From Mobula hypostoma (lineage: Eukaryota), in assembly GCF_963921235.1 (NCBI RefSeq), contig NC_086097.1:238454001-238518000 (forward strand): a stretch of DNA of 64,000 nt, read 5' to 3'. This document shows positions 12,366 to 24,705 of this stretch, piece by piece; positions within the stretch are counted from its first letter, which is position 1, and each line of letters starts with the position of its first letter. The notes below the pieces were generated by a model. That model saw only the letters and a program-made list of their open reading frames with translations, was not told where the DNA came from and made no database searches. The translations under genes were made by a program, and so were the position numbers.

Positions 12366-13550
12366 CTATAAGACCGTAAGGTTTAGGAACAGAATTAGGC
12401 CATTTGGCCCATCGAGTCTTCTCTGCCATTTCATCATGGCTGATCCATTTTTCCTCTCAGTCCCAATCTCCTGCCTTCTCCCTGTATCCCTTCATGCCTG
12501 GTCCAATCAAGAATCCATCAGCCTCTGTCTTTAAATATATACAAAGACTTGGCCTCCTCAGCTGCCTGTGACAACAAATTCCACAGATTCCCCACTCTAT
12601 GCCAAAAGAAATTCCTCCTCATCTTTGTTCTAAAAGGACGCCCCTCTATTTTGAGGCTGTGTCCTCTCATCTGCCACACTTGCATCAGAAGAAAAATTCT
12701 TTCCACATCCACCCTATCAAGACCTTTCACCATCAAATGTTCTTCATATGACAGACTGTTTAATCATGGAATCATTTTTGTGAACCTCCTTTGAACTCTC
12801 TCTAGTTTCACCAGATCCTTTCTAAGATAAGAGGCCCAAAACTGCACACAATACTCCAAGTGAGGCTTCACCAGTGCTTCATAAAGTCTCAACATTATGT
12901 CCTTGCTTTTAAATTATAGTCCTTTTGAATTGAATGCTAACATTGCATTTGCCTTCCTCACCACAGACTCAACCTGCACATAAAGCTTCAGGGTATCCTG
13001 CACAAGGATTTCCAAATCCATTTGCACTTCAGACTTTTGTATTTTCTCTCTATTTAGAAAATAGTCAACCCTTTCATTTCTTTCACCAAAGTGCATGACC
13101 ATACACTTCCCAACACTGCATCCATCTGCCACTTCTTTGCCCGTTCTCCTAATCTATCTAGGTTGTTCCGTAGCCTCCATATTTCCTCAAAACTACTTGC
13201 CCTTCCTTTTCCCTTTGTATCATCAGCAAACTCTGCAGCAAAGCCATCAGTTCCTTCATTCAAATCATTGGCATTTCACATAAAAAGTATCGGTCCCAAC
13301 ACAGACCTCTGGGGAACACCACTACTCATTGGGAGCCAGTCAGAAATGGATCCCTTTATTCCCACCCTTTGCCTCCTGCCAATCAGTCACTGCTTTATCC
13401 ATGCTGGAATCTTTCCTGTAATACCGTGGGCTCGTAGTTTGTCAAGCAGCCTCATGTGTGGCACATTGTCAAAGGCCCTCTGAAAATCCAAGTACACAAC
13501 ATCAACCAATTCTTCTTTGTCTATCCTGCTTGTAACTTCTTTAAAGAAGC
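12366..13550 (-). mobile_element. CR1 LINE 3' portion
   Basis: EFADDTK, KCMVMHFG and RGHSLKIEGRPFRT in short minus-strand ORFs; tail at about 12366. Confidence 0.88.
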
Positions 13551-13849
13551 CAGCAGAGTGTCAATGGGAAAATGAGGTTTGTAAATTCTGGTGGCTTATC
13601 AGGCTAAACAGGTGTAAAGTCATGCCAGAGACAAATGGTGTGTGTTGTATGATATTTGGGAGAGTTTTGTCCTCGAAATAAGGTGCTGGTTAAAACTAAA
13701 TCCTGTCAGAAATTCAGTCAAATTTTCTGACAGCTGCCACAGTGGCCAGTTCCATGCATCTGGTTAAGCGGATATGCAACAACACTGAACTTTTCTTGGA
13801 CTAATACAAAGGATTTCTTGGCATTTTTTTTCTGCACAGTTAAAAAAAA

Positions 13850-16800
13850 TCAAGTTCGTTTCTAATCTGGGGGAGGTATAAGCAGTACAAATGTGATGGG
13901 TTACACCTGAATCCAAGGGGGACCGATATTCTCAATGGTAGGTTTATTAGAGCTGTTGGGGAAGGTTTAAAATAATTTGACAAGGGGATGGGAAACAGAG
14001 TGAAGGAATAGGGCGGGTGGTATAAAAGCAAAGACAACATGCAGTCATACTGTCAGGAAGGACAGGCGGATGATCGGAAAAAAATTGCAGCCAGCAGGGT
14101 GAGTATCAGTGTATGAGGGATGGAAAATTAAAAAGGGTAGCAAGTACAGTACTCAGAGTGTTATATCTCAAAGCCGCAAGTATAAGAAGTAAGGTAAACT
14201 TGCACTTTTTACAGATTGTTGGGAATGATTTTGTGGCCATCACAGAATCATGGCTGAAGGATTGCTGGTGTTGGGAGCAGAATGTCCAAGGTTTCACGTT
14301 GTATCGGAGGAATAGGAAGGCAAGCAGAGGGAGTGGTGTGGCTTTGCTGGAAGAGAATGGCATCAAATCAGTAGAATTATGTGACATAGGATCGGAAGGT
14401 GTTGAATCCTTGTGGGTTGAGTTGAGAAACTGCATGGGTAAAAGGACCCTGATGGCAGTTATATACAGGCCTCCAAACAGTAGACCATAGACCATAGAAC
14501 ATTAGAGTAGAATTAGGCCTTTCAGCACATCGGCACCCTTTATCCTCACTCACTGCTTCCCGCTTGTTAGCCATTCCTCTATCCATGCCAGTATATTTCC
14601 TGTTACACCATGGGATTTTATCTTGTTAAGCAGCATCATGAGAGGCACCTTATTAAATGCCTTCGAAAATTTAAGTAAATGACATCCACTACCTTTCCTT
14701 TGTCCATCCTGTTCGTTCCTTGCTCGAAGAACTCTAACAGATTTTTCAGGCAAGATTTCCCTTCACAGAAATCATGCTGACTTTGACTTATTTTATCATT
14801 AGTCTCCAAGTACTCCGAAACCTCTGGGATCCCTGTAGCAGGGATGTGGACCACAGATTACATCAGGAAATAGAAGAAGCATGTAAAAAAGGCAGTGTTA
14901 TGATTGTCATGTGAGATTCCAACATGCAGGTAGTTTGAGAAAATCAGGTTGGTAATGGATCTCAAGAGAGTGAACTACTGGAGAAATACTCAGATAGCAA
15001 AATCATACAACCATGGCTGACAAGGGAAGTCAAAGCTAATGTAAAAGCAAAAGAGAGGGCATACAACAAAGCAAAAATTAGAGGGAAGGTAGGAGATTTG
15101 GAAGTTTTTAAAAACCCATAGAAAACAATTAAAAATCATTAGGAGGGAAGAGATGAAATATGAAAGCAAGCTTGCAAAAATTATCAACTTGGATAGAAAT
15201 ATTTTGCATCAGTCTTCACTGTGGAAGACACTAGCTGTGTGGCAGCTATTGAAGGGTGTAAGGGAAGAGAAGTGAGTGCAGTTACGACTACAGGGGAGGT
15301 GGTACTCCAAAAACTGAAAGAGCTAAAGGTACAGAAGTCACCCGGATCAGATGAACTGCACCCTAGGGTTCTCAAAGAGATAGCAGTAGAGACTGTGGAG
15401 GCATTAGTATTGATCTTCCGAGAATCATTGGATTCTGGCATGGATCCGGAGGACTGGACAATTGCAAGTGTCACTCCACTCTTTAAGAAAGGAAGAAGGC
15501 AAAAGAAAAGAAATTAAATGGACAAATTAGTCTGACCTCAGTGGTTGGAAAATTTTGGAGTCAATTGTTAAGGATGAGGTTATGGAGTACTTGGTGACAC
15601 AAGATAAGACACTGCCAGTAAACTTTCCTTAAGGGAAAATCTTGCCTGTAGAACCTGTTGGAAAATTTTGAGGAGATTACAAATAGGATAGATAAAGTGG
15701 ATCAGTAGATGTTACTTATTTGGATTTTCAGAAGGCCTTTAACAAGTTGCCACACACGAGGTTGCTTACCAAGTTAAGTGCTCATGGTATTACAGGAAAG
15801 TTAGTAGCATGATTAGAGCATTGGCAGTGAGAATAAAAGGATAAAAAGATCCTTTTCTAGTTGGCTGCTAGTGACTAGTAGTGTTCTGCATGAGTCGATG
15901 TTGGGACCACTTCTTTTTATGTTGAATATAAATGATGTAGATGGTGGAATAGATGGCTTTGTTGCCAAGTTTGCAGATGATATGAAGATTGATGGAGGAG
16001 CACCTAGTATTGAGGAAACAAGAAGGCTGCAGAAGGACTTAGATTGGGAGAATGAACAAGAATGTGGTGAATAAAATACAATGTTGAAAAATGGAAGGTC
16101 ATGCATTTTGGTAGAAGGAATAAATATGTACACTATTTCCTAAATGGGGAGGAAATCCAAAGACCTTACAAAGGGATTTGGGAGTCCTTGTGCAGAACAC
16201 CCTAAAAATTAACTTGCAGGTAGTGTGGATGGCGAGGAAGGCAAATACAATGTTAGCATTCTTTCAAGAAGTCTAGAATACAAGAGCAGGGATGTGATGC
16301 TGAGATTTTATAAGGTACTGGTGAGGCCTCACCTTGAATATTGTGAACAGTTTTGAGCTCCTTGTCTAATAACAGTTTGGCATTGGAAAGGATTCAGAGA
16401 AGGTACACAAGAATGATTCCAGGAATGAAAGGTTTATCATATGAAGAATGTTTGATAGCTCTGGGCTTGTACGCACTGAAATTTAGAAGGATGACAGGAG
16501 ATCTCACTGAAATCTTTTGAGTGTTGAAAGGCCTAGACAGAGTAGATGTTGAAAGGATGTCTCCCATGGTGGGGGAGTCTAGGACAAGAGGGCACAGACT
16601 CAGGATAATCAGAGGTGCGGAGAAATTTCTTTAGCCAGAGGGTGGTGAATTTGTGGAATTTGTTACCCACAGGCAGCTGTGGAGGCCAGGTCGTTGGGTG
16701 TATTTAAGGTGGACATTGATAGCTTCTTGATTGGTCATAGCTTCAAAGGTCAGGGGAGAAGGCCAGGGATTTGGGCTGAGGAGGGGCGAAAAGGAACAAC

Positions 16801-16890
16801 CATGATTAAAAGGCAGAGCAGATTCGATGGACCAAATGGCCTAATTCTGCTCTTATGTCTTATGGTTTTATGGTCTTATGGTCTTATGGT
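13850..16890 (+). mobile_element. Long decayed CR1 LINE (ORF1 end, endonuclease, RT, tail)
   Basis: DGLHLNPRGT (SGNH esterase-like ORF1 motif) near 13895; VAITESWL and VIYRPPNS endonuclease motifs; KSPGSD and KFADD; (tatggtct)n tail at about 16855-16890. Confidence 0.9.
14483..14825 (-). mobile_element. Internally deleted CR1 nested antisense in the CR1 above
   Basis: CR1 tail (agaccat)n joined directly to an RT segment (SQHDFCEGKSCL; FSKAFNKVP). Confidence 0.7.
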
Positions 16891-17414
16891 CTTTTCACAT
16901 GAAACTATTTCTCTTGCTTCTGAGATGCCACAAGAAAGCAACATCCATCACCAAGGACCCCCACCTATCTCTCGCTGCTGCCATTGGGAAGGAGATACAG
17001 GAGCCTTAGCTTCCACACCACCAAGTTCAGTAACAACCAATGTACTCACTTTCAAGCAGTCTTCATCTCGTGTTCTCAATATTTATTGCTTATTTAGTTA
17101 TTATTATTGTTTCTTCTTTTTGTGTTTGCAGTTTGTTGTCATCTGTATTTTGGTTGAACACACTACAGATTTGTTGAATATGCCCACAAGAAAATGTATC
17201 TCAGTGTTGTATGTGGTAACTTATATGTATGACAATATGTATTTGAACTTTGAAATTTTAGTTATCACCCTTCAACTCATGTTGATTCCTGATCCAGCAT
17301 GGACAACTTCACTCACCTCAACTCTCTATCAACTATTCCACAACCTCTGGACTCATGTTCAAGGACTCTACAGCTCATGTACTCAGTTTTATTTAGCTAT
17401 TTATCTATCTATTC

Positions 17415-17790
17415 TGGGCAGATGGGGCTTGTCAGCCACGGTTGGCAGCTCATCTAGGAGAAAGAAAGCTCTGATCTCAAACCTCTGCTGTCTTGCTGCT
17501 ATACCCACTCATGGGGAAGGTTTCAAGAGTAAACCCTGAAGGAACAATCTGCAGCTGGAGTCCCTAAAGCAGTCCTACATTGAATTCAATGCTGACTGGC
17601 AACTCCTGCAATGCTGTTGGTATCAAACTGTATCGGTCTCTGCCATTCCTTTAGGTTCATCAGATGTGTACAGAGGGGGATCTTGGTTCATGTGCAACAG
17701 CTCGCTCTCCGTATTGTACTTCCGAGGTTGGTGTATCTAGACAGCTAGGACACAATATCCATGGTCAACTCTGACCGATGGAGCCCTCAC
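17415..17790 (+). mobile_element. Non-autonomous retroposon, possibly RTE-derived bipartite element
   Basis: 5' part resembles RTE 5' UTR motifs from memory; 3' part resembles the 3' half of the SINE at 30015 (ctgtat..gtc..tgc..ttcc.tt, atccatggt). Confidence 0.4.
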
Positions 17791-18588
17791 TAACTCACTA
17801 TCTATCTATATATTTATTTCTTTTTTTTGTATTTGCATAGATTGACATCTTTTGCGCATTGATTATTTTGTGGTTATTGTTTGTGTCTAGGTTTTATTTG
17901 ATTCTGTTGTGTTTCTTTGTTCTGCTATGAATACCTGCAAGAAAATGAATCTCAAGATAGTATATGGTGTCATTTGAACTTTGGGATGGAGTTCACGGGC
18001 ACAGGGCATTCTTCATGTTTATAGCTGAGTTGAAGAAATGCTCATTTATTTCAATACAGAAATATTACTGACTTCTATTATTGATTTACGCATTTCACAG
18101 ATGAGTAGCAAACAAAAGCCAAGAAAGAACATAGACAGATTACTCTGTCCACATTAGATTTGATTTAGAACTATTTATTTATCAAATTTTACTTCAAGGC
18201 ATACGGTGAAATTTGTTGTTTGCATCAAAAACCAACACAGCCTGAGGATGTGCTGGGGGCAGAACGCAAGTATAGACACATAGTTCAGTGCCAATGTGGC
18301 ATGCCCACAATGTGTAGCAGAACAACACAAGCAGCAACAACAACAGAGCAACAGCATCAAAACAACAACAAAACAAACTCCTGTCCCACCCACCCATCCA
18401 CACACTGAGAGAGACCTCCGACCCAAGGACAAGTCTATCTATCATTATCAGCTGAATTGAACCAGTTTACTCTGCTAGTCAAATGTGATGTCTTGGTTTA
18501 CACATTAAACTATTTGTGATATCTGGAAATGATCATTTGCAAGATTTTTATTACTTTTCAAATTGATTGCAATTCCATTAAGTTTATT

Positions 18589-19027
18589 AGCCTCCAACCT
18601 GATGGCATGAACATTGACTTCTCAAACTTCCACTAATGCCCCAACTCCCCCTCGTACCTATCCGTTATTTATTTATATACACACACTCTTTTTCACTGTC
18701 TTTTTTTTCTCCCTCCGTCCTCCTCACTATAACCCTTGCCCATCCTCTGGTTCCCCCCCTCCCCCTTTTCTTTCTCCCTAGGTCTCCCATCCCATGATCC
18801 TCTCATATCCCCTTTGCCAATCAACTGTCCAGCTCTTGGCCATCCCTCCCACTCCTGTCTTCTCCTTTCATTTCGGATCTCCCCCTCCCCCTCCCACTTT
18901 CAAATCTCTTACTAGCTCTTTTTTCAGTTAGTCCTGACGAAGGGTCTCGGCCTGAAACGTCGACTGTACCTCTTCCTATAGATGCTACCTGGCCTGCTGC
19001 GTTCACCAGCAACTTTGATGTGTGTTG
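18589..19027 (+). mobile_element. 5'-truncated Penelope-like element (same subfamily as 1885)
   Basis: SLQPDGMNIDFSNFH* ORF end, UTR and hammerhead; 14-bp TSD ccattaag(t/c)ttatt at 18575-18588 and 19028-19041. Confidence 0.85.
18929..18966 (+). ncRNA. Minimal type I hammerhead ribozyme
   Basis: TAGTC-CTGACGA-A-GGGT(CTCG)GCCT-GAAA-C-GTC/GACTG; both differences from the 2296 copy give G-U wobbles. Confidence 0.8.
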
Positions 19028-19637
19028 CCATTAAGCTTATTGCAAGTTTTTATTCCTTGCCATATGCAAACTAAACCACAAATTATATACCAAAGGTGCT
19101 TTCTTGCTGTTCAGCTCCATTTCATTATTCAGGACAGTAAATTGTGAGACAGCCATTAAATTTCACACCGGACCAGTAAGCCATACATCCAAGTGTAATT
19201 TTCCCACTATTCCAAAGCACATCTATACATACATCTACAAAATGCATCTTTTCAGTTACTGCTTAAGCATGCACTTTTTCTGTATTATTACGCTATGCAT
19301 CATACTGCGGCTGCTAAGTTACCAAATTTCATGACATGTGCGGGTGATATTCAACCTGATTCTGAAATCGGTACAGTTCAACCACTCTAAAATTCAGAGA
19401 CCTTGGTCATAAACTACTTCACATTACAGATGTTGTTGTGTTTGAAAGTGTGCTACCAGGCAGAGTTTCCCTGATACTGATGTAAAAAAAAATGGGGCTG
19501 TATTGGAAGTAAACACCCAGGCAGAAATAACACTGGAGGTTCAGAGAATCGAGAGGCAGAAGCACCCTTCGGGAGAACAGGATCAGGGAGGTTCTTGGGA
19601 GAGACAGATAAATATAGGATAACCAGGAAAAATTTGG

Positions 19638-19897
19638 GTGACACACTAGCGTAGTGGTTAATACAAAGCTTTACAATATAGGTGACCCAGGTGCAATTCC
19701 TGCTGCTACCTGTATGGAGTTTATATGTTTCACATGGGTTTCCCCCAAGTGCTCCAGTTTCCTCCCAGAGTCCTAAACTGTACTGGTTGGTAGGTTAATT
19801 GGTCATTGTAAATTGTCCCATAATTAGGCTAGGATTAAATCAAGAGGTTGCTGACTGCTGCAGTTCAAAGTGCTGGAGGGGCCTATTCTCAATAAAA
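19638..19897 (+). mobile_element. tRNA-derived V-SINE (HE1-like)
   Basis: A-box-like tagcgtagtggt, B-box-like ggtgcaattcc, V-domain-like gggtttccc..gtgctccagtttcctccc, aataaa/A tail. Confidence 0.7.
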
Positions 19898-22676
19898 AAA
19901 AGTTGATAATTGAAGAATTTCTGCTCCCTTTCTAAGGATCTTCCAGAAAGGCAAGTCACACATAACTGAAAGCAAATAGTGTCTTGAACACATTAGTGAG
20001 GCATGTTTTGAAATGCCATTTTTAAATACAATTCTGCATTACAAAGTGTTCTTGATAAGTAGAAGTGTGAAGACTTCCCAAAATTACAGCAACAGCCAAA
20101 AAGAGGGCTGTTTACACTACATTTTAAATCACCGACGCCAAGATCTTCCTCCACACCTTTAATGATGATAATAATAATCTGTGAAACTGTTTGTTGATGA
20201 ATTTCCAGGCTCAGGTGCTTTTTGGAAATTCAGTAGCACCTGTAGTATTGGGCCTGCACTGGGATAGAGTCTTTCTTTCACACTACTAGTAGAGAGTCCA
20301 CCAAAGATATCAGGCAAATATCCTACAGGGAAGAGCCAGAAACTATTTAGTTAAAAGTGAGCTGATCAGTATGGCCGGAGAATCTGATTAGCACGGGCCA
20401 TGGTTTGAGGCCTGATAGCTGGTGTTTAGCACTGGAGAGGTATCAGGGCATCAGCATGAAATGGCCAAGTGGGCACCGTTGAAAGAGTTTCAATCAATAA
20501 TTAAGTGATAGCAGCCTACATTAACACAAGAAATCCTGCAGATGCTGGAACTCTAAAGCAACATATTCAAAACTGCTGGAGGAAGTTTCATATGCGTAGA
20601 AATGAACAGTCAAGGTTTTGGGCTGAGATCCTTTTTTCAGGAAAGGGGCTACCTAAATTGGGTGCCAATGTTCAGCTGAGAATAGATTGTGGGGCATAAT
20701 TAAAGCACACAGTTGTGGGACAAATAATCAGCAGGCTTTGGATCAATATGGCATAATTTTTTTTCTGGTGATGCATGATGTAGCCATTGCACTCGGAAAA
20801 ATATTTTCACTTGTTTGTCCAATGCAGGGAAACCTACATCCATGCAAACGTAATTCAGGTTGAGTGACGTTCAATCAAATTTTTGGAGTACCACAATTCA
20901 CCACCGAAACGGAATGATCACACTTTACTTCAGGAAATGTCAGTTTTATCTGTGCAGTGCAGACAAAAGACAACACAATGTAACCTAATTACCTGGCAAC
21001 TGTCAACCAGTGAAAGTGTAATGCTGAAATTATAGAAGGTTAATTTTAAAAAAGAATACAAAACTATTTTTAATGGATTGGGCTAAAGTTGCAAATCTTC
21101 GTAATTGAATCACAGCCATTTAACTTTCTCTGAACTCAGTCTGCACCAGCAATGCTGTGTCCAGATGCATTACTTATTGGGAAAACAGAGCAGTGGCAAA
21201 TAATCCAGCTAAAATGAGGACAAACCCCACGGAAGCATGTGCAATATTGTGGAATTATTCACAGACTGACTTTGTGATCATCTGTGCAATTACACAGATT
21301 TAACTGCCCAGTGGGCGTAGTTTATGCAAGTCTTAGTTCTCTACCTTCAATAGTCTGTTGAACATAAGAACTAAAAAAAAGGCCAAGCACTATGAAATGT
21401 ATTACTGCAGATGCTTTGAGTGCATTAGTCACCATGGTGCCTGCAGTAGTTACAGCCCACCTTCTTCCCAGCGTGTCTTTGCATAGATGAACTGAGGTGA
21501 TGAGGGAACGACCACTATGGATGGTTAATACTGAGGTTCTGGTTCGGAGAGTTGCCTGGAGCAGACAGAAATGGTAAAACAAATGGAAGGACTGTGGAAA
21601 CAGTACTCCCTCTCAATAACAGGGAAGAACTTCTCATCAGATGATCTCTCAGGGCTGCTGTATTTAGAACATAGAAACATAGAAAACCTACAGTACAATA
21701 CAGGCCCTTCGGCCCACAAAGTTGTGCTGAACATGCCCATACCTTAGAAATTACTAGGCTTACCTATAGCCCTCTATTTTTCTAAGCTCCATGTACCTAT
21801 CTGAAAGTCTCTTACACGTTTGTAAAAGATCCTATCATATCCGCCTCCACCACCGTTGCCGGCAGCCCATTCCACGCACTCACCACTCTCTGAGTAAAAA
21901 ACTTACCCCTGACCTCTCTGTACCTGCTCCCCAGCAACTTAAACCTGTGTCCTCTTGTGGCAACCATTTCAGCCCTGAGAAAAAGCCTCTGACTATCCAC
22001 ATGATCAATGCCTTTCATCATTTTACACATGTCTATCAGCTCACCTCTCATCCTCCATCGCTCCAAGGAGAAAAGGCCGAGTTCACTCAACCTATTCTCA
22101 TAAGACATGCTCCCCAATCCAGGCAACATCCTTGTAAATCTCCTTTGCACCCTTTCAATGGCTTCCTGTAGTAAGGCGACCAGAACGGAGCACAGTACTC
22201 CAAGTGGGGTCTGACCAGGGTCCTATATAGCTGCAACATTTCCTCTCGGCTCCTAAATTCAATTCCATGATTGATGAAGGCCAATACACCATACACCTTC
22301 TTAACCACAGTGTCAACCTGCGCAGCTGCTTTGAGCGCCCTATGGACTCGGACCCCAAGATCCCTCTGATCCTCCACACTGCCAAGAGTCTTACCATTAA
22401 TACTATATTCTGCCATCATATTTGACCTACCAGAATGAACCACTTCATACTTATCTGGGTTGAACACCATCTGCCACTTCTCAGCCCAGTTTTGCATCCA
22501 ATCAATGTCCTACTGTAACCTCTGACAGCCCTCCACACTGTCCACAACACCTCCAACCTTTGTGTGATCAGCAAACTTACTAACACATCCCTCCACTTCC
22601 TTATCCAGGACATTTATAAAAACCACAAAGAGTAAGGGTCCCAGATCAGATCCCTGAGGCACTCCACTGGTGACCA

Positions 22677-22803
22677 CAAAATAATCCGCAGATGCTGGGG
22701 TCAAAGCAACACTCACAACACGCTGGAGGAACTCAGCAGGTCGGGCAGCATCCGTGGAAAAGATCGGTCGATGTTTCGGGCCGGAACCCTTCGTCAGGAC
22801 TGA
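22677..22803 (-). mobile_element. Solo PLE pLTR (second subfamily) inserted in CR1 RT
   Basis: Flanked by duplicated tgacca; consists only of a hammerhead plus the downstream pLTR tail. Confidence 0.8.
22766..22801 (-). ncRNA. Minimal type I hammerhead ribozyme (AUC site)
   Basis: Minus strand reads AGTC-CTGACGA-A-GGGT(TCCG)GCCC-GAAA-C-ATC/GACC; stem III palindrome lost through a CpG-type change. Confidence 0.7.
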
Positions 22804-23093
22804 TGACCAACCTCCATGCAGAATATGACCCATCTACAACCACTCCTTGCCTTCTGTGGGCAAGCCAGTTCTGGATCCACAAACTAATGTCCCCTTGGAT
22901 CCCATGCCTCCTTACTTTCTCAATAAGTCTGGCATGGGGTACCTTATCAAATGCCTTGCTGAAATCCATATACACTACGTCTACTGCTCTTCCTTCATCA
23001 GTGTGTTTAGTCACATCCTCAAAAAATTCAGTCAGGTTTGTAAGGCACGACCTGCCCTTAACATAGCAACGTTGACTATTCCTAATCATATTA

Positions 23094-24705
23094 CAGGTGT
23101 TCCCCTGCTTTTTGAACGTTCGCTTTACGAAACCTCACTGTTACGAAAGTCCTACATCAGTACCCTGTTTTCGCTTTCAAAAGGTGTTTTCACTGTTACG
23201 AAAAAAACGCAGTTGACGAAAAAAATCAGCGCACGATAAAAGGCAGCGTGCGCCCTGAGCAGCCGCTCTCCCCCGGATTCGGAACGGCATTGCTTTAACA
23301 CATGCCTGTGAACAGCTGTTTGCAAGAGGAGTTCTATGGTGTCGGAAAAGCCTAAACGAGCTCATAAGGGTGTTACACTTAGCGTAAAGCTAGACATAAT
23401 TAAGCGTTTCGATCATGGTGAACAAAGTAAGGACTAAGTGAGTTTGGCTTATGGAAGCTGAAGAAGATGATGTTGAAGAGGTTTTGGCATCCCATGACCA
23501 AGAACTGACTGATGAAGAGCTGATGCAATTGGAAGAGGAAAGGATACCAATTGAAACTGAATGCAGTAGCGAAAGTGAAGCAACTACGTGAGATTTTCGC
23601 TGCAATGATAAACTACGACTTTAATTTTGAAAGGGTACGTAGGTTTAGGGGATATTTGCAGGATGGTTTGAGTCCTTACAAAGAACTGTGTGATAGAAAA
23701 TTGCGCGAGGCTCAGCAGTCAAGCAAGCCTTCCACATCAGCCACAGCAGACGACGAACTTTGACCTTCGACATCGAGGCGGGCAGTCATAGGAGAAGATG
23801 AGCTGCCTGCTCTAATGGAAACAGACAACGAAATGACTCCCCAGTGTCCCACCACCCCAATGCCTGGGCCACGGACAGATACCAATTCGCGGAGAATGCA
23901 ACAGTAGCCGGGAGGCACACAAGATAACTTTAAGAAAAAAGCCGAAATAAACATGCTAATTAATTAGGTGCCGCCCCACACGTAAATTTCGGCCCAGATC
24001 AAAGGCGATGCAATCGGCAATCGGCACCGATCTGGGCTGACAATTACGTGCCGGGCAGCACCTAATTAATTAGCATGTTTATTTCAGCTTTTTTCTTAAA
24101 GATGTGCTGGATGCCTCCCGGCTACCGCTGGACCCTGCGTGCCTCGCGGCAATGTATCGGTCGGTAGCCCGGAGGGTGCCACTGCACCAGCCAACCTGCG
24201 ACGACTCAGTCTAGCACACAGAGTGCTCGGTGCTGTCTTCCCAATTCCAGTAAGTGATACTACACTGTACATACATTATTTCTACTTTATGTCGGCTGTG
24301 TATTTTTACGTGTTATTTGGTATGATTTGGCAGCTTCATAGCTTAAAGGTTACTGGAGAGCGCTTGCGCTGTGTTCTTGCCAACAGCGCCTGCATGAGAT
24401 TTTCTGCCGACGGCGCTTGTGTGAGATTTTCGCTACGGAGAACAGTTCAGTAATGATTGTGGAAAAGTATTTCTACTTTATATAGGCTGTGTATTTATCA
24501 TATCATTCCTACTTTTACTATGTGTTACTGTTATTTTAGGTTTTATGTGTTATTTGGCATGATTTGGTAGGTTATTTTTGGGTCTGCGAATGCTCACAAA
24601 ATTTTCCCATATAAATAAATGGTAATTGCTTCTTCGCTTTACGACATTTCGGCTTACGAACTGTTTCATAGGAACGCTCTACTTTGGAATAGCGGGGGAA
24701 ACCTA
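23094..24705 (+). mobile_element. Internally deleted Tigger/pogo DNA transposon
   Basis: TA TSD; TIRs caggtgttcccc / gggggaaaccta; remnants KGVTLSVKLDIIKRFDHGE (CENP-B-type N-terminal HTH) and EEDDVEEVLASHDQELTDEELMQLEEE (Tigger-like C-terminus); no DDE core seen. Confidence 0.88.
23904..24125. repeat. Long imperfect inverted repeat inside the Tigger
   Basis: Arms of about 97 bp (23904-24000 and 24029-24125) including aaataaacatgctaattaattaggtgc / gcacctaattaattagcatgtttattt; 28-nt loop. Confidence 0.9.

Noticed and set aside
13703..13733. 10-bp inverted repeat ctgtcagaaa...tttctgacag
   Set aside because: Too short and isolated to distinguish from chance
16679..17539. Longest ORF in the track (286 aa)
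   Set aside because: Chance read-through across a CR1 tail, Rex-like UTRs and another repeat; no coherent domain
20866..21025. Apparent pair of minus-strand exons (ITLSLVDSCQ / IKLTFPEVK...)
   Set aside because: The implied intron is only about 40 nt, too short to be plausible
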